64,000 nucleotides of DNA from Alistipes sp. (GTDB lineage Bacteria > Bacteroidota > Bacteroidia > Bacteroidales > Rikenellaceae), in the NCBI GenBank assembly GCA_045633045.1, contig JAZQXV010000010.1:14592-78591 (forward strand), in the 5' to 3' direction. Numbering within the stretch: position 1 is the stretch's first letter; the number at the start of each line of letters is the position of its first letter. The notes beneath the pieces were generated by a model. The model searched no databases, was not told where the DNA came from, and saw only the letters and a list, made by a program, of their open reading frames with translations. Of this stretch, positions 56,635-64,000 are shown piece by piece. A program made the position numbers and the translations under genes.

Positions 56635-57657
56635 ATGAAGATTTCAGATATTGAGTTAGGCAATCAGCCCCTCTTTCTTGCCCCCATGGAGGATGTCACC
56701 GACCCCTCGTTTCGCTATATGTGTAAGCGTTTCGGTGCCGATGTCGTCTATACAGAGTTTATCTCGTCGGATGGTTTGATACGCGATGCGTGGAAGTCGC
56801 GCGCCAAGCTCAACATCGCCGAGATGGAGCGCCCCGTGGGCATACAGATATATGGCCACCTCATTGAGCCCATGGTCGAGGCGGCACGCATAGCCGAGAG
56901 TGCAAACCCCGATATTATCGACATCAACTTCGGCTGCCCCGTAAAGAAGATTGCTAACCGCGGTGCCGGCTCTGGCATGATGAAGGACCCCGACCTTATG
57001 GTCGAGATGACGCGCCAGATTGTCAAGGCCGTAAATAAGCCCGTCACCGTGAAGACACGCCTCGGCTGGAGCGACGAGATGAAGAACATCGAGGAGATAG
57101 CACTACGCCTGCAAGATGTTGGCATTGCGGCACTTACGATCCATGGCCGCACGCGCTCGCAGATGTATCGTGGCGAGGCCGACTGGACACTCATCGGCAA
57201 GATTAAGAACGACCCACGCATCACCATCCCCATCATCGGCAATGCCGACGTGGACTCTGCCGAGAAGTGTAAACTTATGTTCGACCGCTATGGCGTAGAT
57301 GGCGTGATGATTGGTCGCGCGACATATGGCCGCCCATGGATATTCCGCGAGTGCAAGCACTACCTCGAGACAGGCGAGCTACTGCCACAACCCTCTGTTA
57401 TTGAGCGTGTTGCCATCGCTAAGGAGCACCTTGCAAAGTCGTTGGAGGTTAAGGGCGACCGCGTGGGCATACTCGAGATGCGCCGCCACCTGACGAACTA
57501 CTTCAAGGGTCTGCCCGACTTCAAGCAGACACGCCTGAAGCTCGTAACCTCGTTCGATGTGGAGGAGATACTCTCAACGCTCGACTACATTGCTGAACGC
57601 TGGGGCGACTTCGACATGCGCGACACCGTGCCCGCACCCCTCTCGCATGACATTTAG
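56635..57657 (+). CDS. dusB: tRNA dihydrouridine synthase DusB
   Basis: LAPMEDVTD, DINFGCP, TIHGRT, GVMIGR; start ATG 56635. Confidence 0.92.
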   Translation: MKISDIELGNQPLFLAPMEDVTDPSFRYMCKRFGADVVYTEFISSDGLIRDAWKSRAKLNIAEMERPVGIQIYGHLIEPMVEAARIAESANPDIIDINFGCPVKKIANRGAGSGMMKDPDLMVEMTRQIVKAVNKPVTVKTRLGWSDEMKNIEEIALRLQDVGIAALTIHGRTRSQMYRGEADWTLIGKIKNDPRITIPIIGNADVDSAEKCKLMFDRYGVDGVMIGRATYGRPWIFRECKHYLETGELLPQPSVIERVAIAKEHLAKSLEVKGDRVGILEMRRHLTNYFKGLPDFKQTRLKLVTSFDVEEILSTLDYIAERWGDFDMRDTVPAPLSHDI

Positions 57658-57677
57658 CGATTAAAACCAAGAATACC

Positions 57678-57715
57678 AGGACTGCCAGACACCCATTTGG
57701 CAGTCCTTATTTTTT
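57678..57715 (+). terminator. dusB terminator
   Basis: AGGACTGCCA/TGGCAGTCCT stem followed by a T-tract. Confidence 0.75.
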
Positions 57716-57878
57716 CTATTATGGGCAAAAAATTAGTCTAAACGATGATAATACTATAGCATCATGCAATAAAATTTTACACTCAAACGTTATATTGGCA
57801 CGAGAGTTGATATAAACTCATACAGCTGCGTTGGCAACGAGACAACGCAGTTAGGTTTCTTCATTTATTTAAGTTTGG

Positions 57879-58284
57879 GTTAGTAGTTTTTACAGAATTT
57901 GTTTCTGGAACATAGGCGGCAGTTGTGAAACTCCCGCCTATTGTTTTTTCCAGAAACAAACCTGTAAAAACTATGACTGCTCCCGCGGCGTGGCAGAGTA
58001 ACCTGCAAGCCTTGTATGATAGTTTGGCGTATTGCTACGCAATAAGTGTGGTTGTGCCGTAGGTCTTTTGCAAACAAGTTCACATAGACCAACAACACAA
58101 CCACACGCCTTCGTCGTCACCAAACCATCATACCTCCTCTTGCTCTGCTCAAACCTTAAGGAGAGTTAGTAGTTTGTTAGCGGTGCTTCGCATATATATA
58201 TTTATTAGAATTTGTTTCTGGAAGGCGAGCGGCAGTTGTGAGACTCCCGCCTATTACTTTTTTTATATCTGTAAAAACTATGAC
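57879..58284. repeat. Duplicated structured element; first copy forms a 90-nt hairpin
   Basis: Shared blocks GTTAGTAGTTT, AGAATTTGTTTCTGGAA, GCGGCAGTTGTGA(A/G)ACTCCCGCCTATT and CTGTAAAAACTATGAC in both copies. Confidence 0.75.
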
Positions 58285-58375
58285 GCTTCGGTGGCGGCTA
58301 GGATAACTTATCGGCGCATTGTGTAGTGCGAAAAGTGGCTTCGCAACTCCGAAAATAAAAAGACAGTAGCCATTT

Positions 58376-58422
58376 TGAAGTGACCCCAAAAGTTTATACA
58401 AAAAACTTTTGGGGTCACTTCA
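58376..58422. mobile_element. 47-bp palindrome resembling abutted IS3-family ends, probably acting as a terminator
   Basis: TGAAGTGACCCCAAAAGTT-TATACAAAA-AACTTTTGGGGTCACTTCA; perfect 19-bp inverted repeat with TG...CA ends. Confidence 0.5.
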
Positions 58423-58459
58423 GGTAGCTGACTTTTTATTAGGAAGTAATAGTGTGCCT

Positions 58460-61123
58460 TTATCGCAATTTTTCGAGAGAGCTAACGCGAGTACCTTCAA
58501 TATACGATATAGACAAATTAGATGGTTCAACACTGTTACACTTCGACACACGTGTTTCACAACGAGTTAGTGAAAGTTTTCCAGCATGATATACAACGGG
58601 GAACGTTGATGTGTAGTAAGCCAATTTCCCTGTGTTTGGATTAACTGCATACACCTCTGTAGAAAGTATCTTTAGCTTTGTACCATTGCTAAGTGTCTCT
58701 GTTACAGGAGTTGCAGTAGCAGTATCTCCATTCATTTTGAATACATAGCTAACCATCTTGTCAGTGAAATATCCACGGTTGTTGTTGAGTTCAGCGTATA
58801 TCAACCATGTAGGCTCATAGCCATCTGCACTTGCATCACCAACAGCCACACCACTTACCAAATTGATATCGCCATTATCAGCAACGTATGCACGTGCTGG
58901 ATAATTCTTTGCCGAGAGTCCGTAAATCAATACCTCTTCGCTATATGACGGGTGTGGAACAATAGAAATCTCACGCTTAATGTGAGTGTCGTCAATGACA
59001 ATATCTCCAGACTCCTTAATAATCATCGACTGCGAAGACTCCATATTCCAAACTCCGATCCACTTATCACGTGGAAGAACACTGTAATCTGGATCATCCA
59101 CCTTGTTATTTTCATAATCATATGATATCATACAACTTGCATATTCTGACCAACATGCAGCAGTCCTGTAATCTCTGCTAGAATCCTTTGGAACGTAAAT
59201 TGTGAGATTAGACTTTTTAGCGAAAATAGAGCCTGTTGCGGTAGGTGGAATAGTAGTCTTACAATATACCAACATCAATGATGAAGGACTATACAAACTA
59301 CCACCGATCCATGGGCTATCTATGGTGGTCAAGCCAGCACCAAGGGTAATGCTTACAAGATCAACACATCCCCAAAATGCAGAATCACCAATTGTAGTAA
59401 CGCTATCTGGTATAACTAGATTTTTTAGATAGAAATTATTGCCAAATGCCCAACCTCTAATTTCCTTTACATTCTTACCAAGTGTAAGTTTGGTCATATT
59501 TGCTGTAGTAAATGCGTGATATCCAATAATCTCCACATTATCACCAATCACAACCTCCTCGAATCCTGCATTCTCGAATGACAAATCACCATAATTCAAA
59601 GATGTTGTATCAATATTACAATTGATAAATGCTTTGCCACTACAATTCGCAAAAGCGTCAGTGCCAACAACTGTTACACTCTCAGGTATAGTAATCTCCT
59701 GCATTGCAGAGCAACCTGAGAATGCTGAATTACCAATTGATGTCACACTATTAGGAATATCAAGAGTTGTTAAATTTGTGCATAGAGCAAATGCTTGCGC
59801 AGGGATAGCTGTAATAGTAGCATCGAAACGCAATCTACCACTATTAGAGTCACTATTATATACATTGCCGAGATATGCAGCACCAAAGCCCTCTGTCTTA
59901 TAAATATCTACAGGCTTACCGTCGTTAGTGGTGTAAGCAACAATAAAACTTGAGTCTTGCTCTACGTTCAATGTTGCCAAATTATTACCCGATACATCAG
60001 TGAACTTAACCTCTGCACTACGGATGTCACCATCTGCCAAAGCAGTTGCAGTGAAGACAATAGTATTGGTAGTTGTTGCACGAGTCTGATCATACGACAA
60101 CCAAGATGCATCATCAATTACAACATTGTAGTCAATATTTGATGTTACAGCAACCTCTACAGAGCCGCCATCCTTATCGAACATGACATAGGTAGTATCT
60201 ACCTCGAAGACGATAGTCATAGCTTTTTGAGTAAATTTCACAGTGTGCTTCTTGCCATTAGACATAGTGATAGTGACTATAGCCTCACGTGCTGACAATG
60301 TGTCATTAGGGAGCACTGTAAACACAAGGGTTTCACTACGCACAGTACGTGTGTCAGCCAGACTCAACCACGACTTTGCTTCAACTGGAATATCAACTTC
60401 GTACTCAAGATTGGTAGATACCTTTACCACAAACTCGCCACCATTCTCTTCCACAGTAAAAGCGGTTTTATCCAAGCTGAACGTTTCATCCTCACCCTGC
60501 TGTACAATAACAATAGTCTGCAAAACATTATTATCCTTATTTACAATATTTATATTTGCCTTGCGCTCGTCAAATTCCTGGTTAGCTGCAACAACAAATG
60601 TTAGTGTCTCTTCGCGTGTAGCACGTGTATCAGAGAGTGTAATCCAAGACTTTGCAGAAGATGAAATCTCAACAGTATATTCCAAATTAGTCTCCAACTT
60701 TACATTTACGTTTCCACCCTTTGCCATCACCTCATACTCACCATTACCATTAATCCTGAATGATGGTTGCTCTCCATTTTGGTGAACATCAAAACGATAC
60801 GACTTGTCGTTGGCTGAATACATCACAATGTAGCCATCGCGATTATCCAAAGAGTCATTTGCCTTAACATCAACCATAAATGAAGTATCAGACTTAGTGC
60901 CAGAAGACTTAGCAACATTAATCCACTCATCCGATGTAGATACTGTCCAGTTTGAGTCTGCATTAAACATAATGCTCTTCTGTCCGCCCTCAGCCTCGAA
61001 TTGCAATGTAAACGATGTACCATCAGCAAAAGTAACAGTACCCGTAGGCTGTTGCTCAACAAATTGCTCACACGCAAAGCTAAATAGCAAAAGCGCGATG
61101 AAATAATATAACTTTCTTGCCAT
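58460..61123 (-). CDS. Surface lipoprotein: four BACON domains plus BspA-type leucine-rich repeats
   Basis: SFAC lipobox; four W(I/L)...F.V..N....R...I repeats; LDIPNSVTSIGNSAFSGC repeats. Confidence 0.85.
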   Translation of the reverse strand: MARKLYYFIALLLFSFACEQFVEQQPTGTVTFADGTSFTLQFEAEGGQKSIMFNADSNWTVSTSDEWINVAKSSGTKSDTSFMVDVKANDSLDNRDGYIVMYSANDKSYRFDVHQNGEQPSFRINGNGEYEVMAKGGNVNVKLETNLEYTVEISSSAKSWITLSDTRATREETLTFVVAANQEFDERKANINIVNKDNNVLQTIVIVQQGEDETFSLDKTAFTVEENGGEFVVKVSTNLEYEVDIPVEAKSWLSLADTRTVRSETLVFTVLPNDTLSAREAIVTITMSNGKKHTVKFTQKAMTIVFEVDTTYVMFDKDGGSVEVAVTSNIDYNVVIDDASWLSYDQTRATTTNTIVFTATALADGDIRSAEVKFTDVSGNNLATLNVEQDSSFIVAYTTNDGKPVDIYKTEGFGAAYLGNVYNSDSNSGRLRFDATITAIPAQAFALCTNLTTLDIPNSVTSIGNSAFSGCSAMQEITIPESVTVVGTDAFANCSGKAFINCNIDTTSLNYGDLSFENAGFEEVVIGDNVEIIGYHAFTTANMTKLTLGKNVKEIRGWAFGNNFYLKNLVIPDSVTTIGDSAFWGCVDLVSITLGAGLTTIDSPWIGGSLYSPSSLMLVYCKTTIPPTATGSIFAKKSNLTIYVPKDSSRDYRTAACWSEYASCMISYDYENNKVDDPDYSVLPRDKWIGVWNMESSQSMIIKESGDIVIDDTHIKREISIVPHPSYSEEVLIYGLSAKNYPARAYVADNGDINLVSGVAVGDASADGYEPTWLIYAELNNNRGYFTDKMVSYVFKMNGDTATATPVTETLSNGTKLKILSTEVYAVNPNTGKLAYYTSTFPVVYHAGKLSLTRCETRVSKCNSVEPSNLSISYIEGTRVSSLEKLR

Positions 61124-61500
61124 AATAATGAATTTATGATGTTAAATAATACGTTTCTTGTCTCTCATAAGTAACCGTTTAGCTTAATATGACCCCCCCC
61201 AAAAAAAGGCATAGGTAATATCTACCGAAAAACTGGACGCCCAAATACTCATACGAACACAAGCATACCAACACCATGGTAGCGTGAGCATTTAACACAC
61301 TTTTTATTTGTTCGTTTAATAATTTTGGTCGTTTTACTTCACGAAACAATAGCCTAAATGCCATCTAAAACCACTGCGTATCTCGCAATGGTAGTACAAA
61401 TATACGATTTTTAAAAAAAATCGAAAAAAATGTCTCAAGAATTTGGGAGATTAAAAATAAAGATGCACCTTTGCGCCGTCAAACAATGACAAACATACTT

Positions 61501-61572
61501 GGTCGATTCATCTAAGGGCTAGGATACCTGCCTCTCACGCAGGACATAGGGGTTCGAATCCCCTATCGACTA
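61501..61572 (+). tRNA. tRNA-Glu(CTC)
   Basis: GGTCGATTCATCTAAGGGCTAGGATACCTGCCTCTCACGCAGGACATAGGGGTTCGAATCCCCTATCGACTA. Confidence 0.95.
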
Positions 61573-61712
61573 CTTCAAGAAAAGCTGTCTAACACGATTG
61601 TTAGGCAGTTTTTTTATTCCCATAACTTTTGCTTATAGCGCGATAAGAAAATAATTTGTAGGCATATTGTTGAATATTCCATTTTTTTGCTACCTTTGCA
61701 CCCGAAAACAGA

Positions 61713-61764
61713 TGTGGAAGGATTTGAACTGATTGCAACCACAATAAAAAAGTGCTAAAACGGT
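61713..61764 (+). promoter_or_regulatory. SAM-II riboswitch in the metK leader
   Basis: TGTGG..GATTTG..ACTG.TTGCA.CCACA.TAAA...GCTAAAACGGT fits the SAM-II pseudoknot pattern; lies downstream of a TACCTTTG promoter box (61691). Confidence 0.75.
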
Positions 61765-61893
61765 ATTCTCAAAAGCCATAATTGGTCTTTTTTATCGCAA
61801 TCACAACAACATATTTTCACCCTGTTTTTATGCCATCAACGTACGATGGCTCGCAATAACTACGTTTATTAATAACTAAAAACAAGGTATATT

Positions 61894-63183
61894 ATGGCAT
61901 TTTTGTTTACATCAGAGTCGGTATCGGAGGGTCACCCCGATAAAGTTGCCGACCAGATTTCGGACGCTATTCTCGACGAGTTCCTCCGCCACGACCTCAA
62001 CTCAAAGGTTGCATGCGAGACACTCTGCACAACAGGCCTCGTAGTAGTATCAGGCGAGGTACGCTCGGAGGGTTATGTAGATATTCAGGGCGTGGCACGC
62101 CGCGTTATCGACCGCATCGGCTACAACAAGAGCGAGTATCAGTTCGACGCTGCATCATGCGGCATCCTCTCGGCTATCCACGAGCAGTCATCGGATATCA
62201 ACCAGGGTGTTGACCGCAAGGATGGCGAGGAGCAGGGCGCAGGCGACCAGGGCATCATGTTCGGTTACGCCGTAGAGGAGACACGCGAGTTCATGCCCGC
62301 GACACTCATCCTCTCACACGTTATCCTCAAGGAGCTCGCCGTAATCCGCCGCGAGGGCGAGGTTATGCGCTACTTGCGCCCCGACTCTAAGAGCCAGGTG
62401 ACAATCGAGTATGGCGACGACCGCCGTCCAAAGCGCGTACACACAATCGTGGTATCTACACAGCATGACGAGTTCATCCTCCCCACAAACACTCGCACTG
62501 AGGCTGAGGCAGAGCGCGAGATGCAGCGCATCATCGCTGACGACGTTCGTAACATCCTTATCCCACGTGTTAAGGCACGCCTTGAGCGCGCGAACGACAA
62601 GCTCGCAGAGCTCATCAACGACGACTACATCCTCCACGTTAACCCCACTGGCAAGTTCGTTATTGGTGGTCCTCACGGCGACACCGGCCTCACAGGTCGT
62701 AAGATCATCGTTGACACATACGGCGGCCGCGGTGCACACGGTGGTGGCGCATTCTCAGGCAAGGACTCATCGAAGGTTGACCGCTCGGCAGCATACGCAG
62801 CACGCCACATCGCAAAGAACATGGTTGCCGCGGGTGTAGCACGCGAGATGCTCGTACAGGTAAGCTACGCAATCGGTATTGCACAGCCCCTCTCAATCTA
62901 TGTTGATACATACGGCACATCTAACGTAGAGCTCACTGATGGTCAGATTGCCGAGAAAATCAGCGCGATGTTCGACCTTCGTCCCGCAGCTATCGTTGAG
63001 CGCTTCGGTTTGAAGTACCCCATTTTCGAGGCTACAGCATCTTATGGCCACTTCGGTCGTCGTCCCTACACCGAGCTTGTACGCTTCGTAGGTGAGGGTA
63101 AGGAGTTCGCTAAGGAGGTTGAGTTCTTCTCATGGGAGAAACTCGACGAGGTGGACAACATAAAGCAGGTATTTGGTCTCTAA
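61894..63183 (+). CDS. metK: S-adenosylmethionine synthetase
   Basis: [28 protein letters not shown]. Confidence 0.97.
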   Translation: MAFLFTSESVSEGHPDKVADQISDAILDEFLRHDLNSKVACETLCTTGLVVVSGEVRSEGYVDIQGVARRVIDRIGYNKSEYQFDAASCGILSAIHEQSSDINQGVDRKDGEEQGAGDQGIMFGYAVEETREFMPATLILSHVILKELAVIRREGEVMRYLRPDSKSQVTIEYGDDRRPKRVHTIVVSTQHDEFILPTNTRTEAEAEREMQRIIADDVRNILIPRVKARLERANDKLAELINDDYILHVNPTGKFVIGGPHGDTGLTGRKIIVDTYGGRGAHGGGAFSGKDSSKVDRSAAYAARHIAKNMVAAGVAREMLVQVSYAIGIAQPLSIYVDTYGTSNVELTDGQIAEKISAMFDLRPAAIVERFGLKYPIFEATASYGHFGRRPYTELVRFVGEGKEFAKEVEFFSWEKLDEVDNIKQVFGL

Positions 63184-63321
63184 GAGTTAAAAATAGCTCG
63201 ATACATAAAAGGCTCGATAACAACAACTTAGTTATCGAGCCTTAAATTTTATTAAAAAAAGTTGTGTAAAAATTTGCAGAATAAAAAATTGTTACTACCT
63301 TTGCACTCGCAATAAAGAATT

Positions 63322-63405
63322 GCCCAGGTGGTGAAATTGGTAGACACGCCACTTTGAGGGGGTGGTGGGCATTAGCCCGTGTGAGTTCGAGTCTCGTCCT
63401 GGGCA
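63322..63405 (+). tRNA. tRNA-Leu(GAG)
   Basis: GCCCAGGTGGTGAAATTGGTAGACACGCCACTTTGAGGGGGTGG, long variable arm, GTTCGAGTC..CCTGGGCA. Confidence 0.95.
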
Positions 63406-63630
63406 CTGAAACGGAAGGATAACCTTCCGTTTTTTTTTGTTATATACCCCACCGACACTCTATCGAGAGGTAAAACGTAATAGGGAGCTTAGATAGTTTA
63501 AGGAGCAGGCGGCTTTATACAAGCATGCGCATCCTCCCCAAACCCTCTAAACTCCCTAAATTTTTATTCTGGATTATTAATCGAAATGGTAGATAAAAAA
63601 AGCAGCGGTAACCTTTCGATTACCGCTTTG

Positions 63631-63704
63631 TGACTCCGCCAGGATTCAAACCTGGAACCGCTTGATCCGTAGTCAAGTACTCTATTCAGTTGAGCTACGG
63701 AGCC
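63631..63704 (-). tRNA. tRNA-Arg(ACG)
   Basis: GGCTCCGTAGCTCAACTGAATAGAGTACTTGACTACGGATCAAGCGGTTCCAGGTTTGAATCCTGGCGGAGTCA. Confidence 0.93.
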
Positions 63705-63833
63705 ATTCCTTTGCTTTTGCGAGTGCAAATGTATAGTATTTTTTTTAATCCACCAAATATTTTTCAATCTTTTTTCAAAAAAAAATGCGGCGATTTTCAC
63801 CGCCGCACTCTTTACAGTCTGCAAATCAGCATT

Positions 63834-64000
63834 TTACTTAATATGCTCGGCAAGAATTTTCTCGATCTCCTCACCACGCAAGTTCTTTGCTACGAGCTTA
63901 CCCTCGGGAGAGTAGAGGAAGTTTGCAGGGATAGCGTTAACATTGAGGTGCTCAGCAACGCTCCACTTACCATTCTCATCGGTACCCCACACGTTTACCC
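63834..64000 (-). CDS. TlpA/AhpC-TSA thioredoxin-like protein, C-terminal part
   Basis: Hand translation ...VNVWGTDENGKWSVAEHLNVNAIPANFLYSPEGKLVAKNLRGEEIEKILAEHIK*. Confidence 0.75.
   Translation of the reverse strand, partial: VNVWGTDENGKWSVAEHLNVNAIPANFLYSPEGKLVAKNLRGEEIEKILAEHIK

Noticed and set aside
63631-63704. tRNA-Arg as a pseudogene because of its TTTGAAT T-loop
   Set aside because: Stems are intact with a promoter box and terminator present; this looks like a tolerated variant.
578-63824. Numerous short antisense or alternate-frame ORFs in the track (e.g. 30754-31464, 31801-32487, 45830-46393, 52694-53365)
   Set aside because: They shadow well-supported genes, tRNAs or repeats and show no recognisable motifs.

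Overview
Bacteroidales chromosome segment, most like Alistipes/Rikenellaceae (inferred from TAnnTTTG promoters, A-rich leaders without Shine-Dalgarno sites and protein families). From left to right: the 5' end of a tyrosine integrase, a GGGtGRT/NifU-like pair, then a 23-kb, 11-gene minus-strand type V pilus (fimbrillin) locus. That locus holds a DUF3575/OmpA-like barrel, a DUF5119 lipoprotein, four long cargo-bearing pilins (one with CBM26-like starch-binding modules), four short pilins and a lectin-like tip. Its spacers carry repeated hairpins and REP-like elements, and two pilin paralogs share patches of identical DNA. Next come tRNA-Val and tRNA-Asn, DUF1573, nfnAB-like genes and a second surface-lipoprotein cluster (DUF4493/PCMD plus two beta-barrels). 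The right part is mostly housekeeping (engB, prs, M16 peptidase, ECF/anti-sigma, thioesterase, GT4, argS, dusB, metK with a SAM-II riboswitch, tRNA-Glu/Leu/Arg) with a BACON-LRR surface protein and two structured intergenic repeat clusters. The best candidate for an undescribed system is the modular, apparently recombining cargo-pilin array. All family names come from motif recognition by eye, not database searches.
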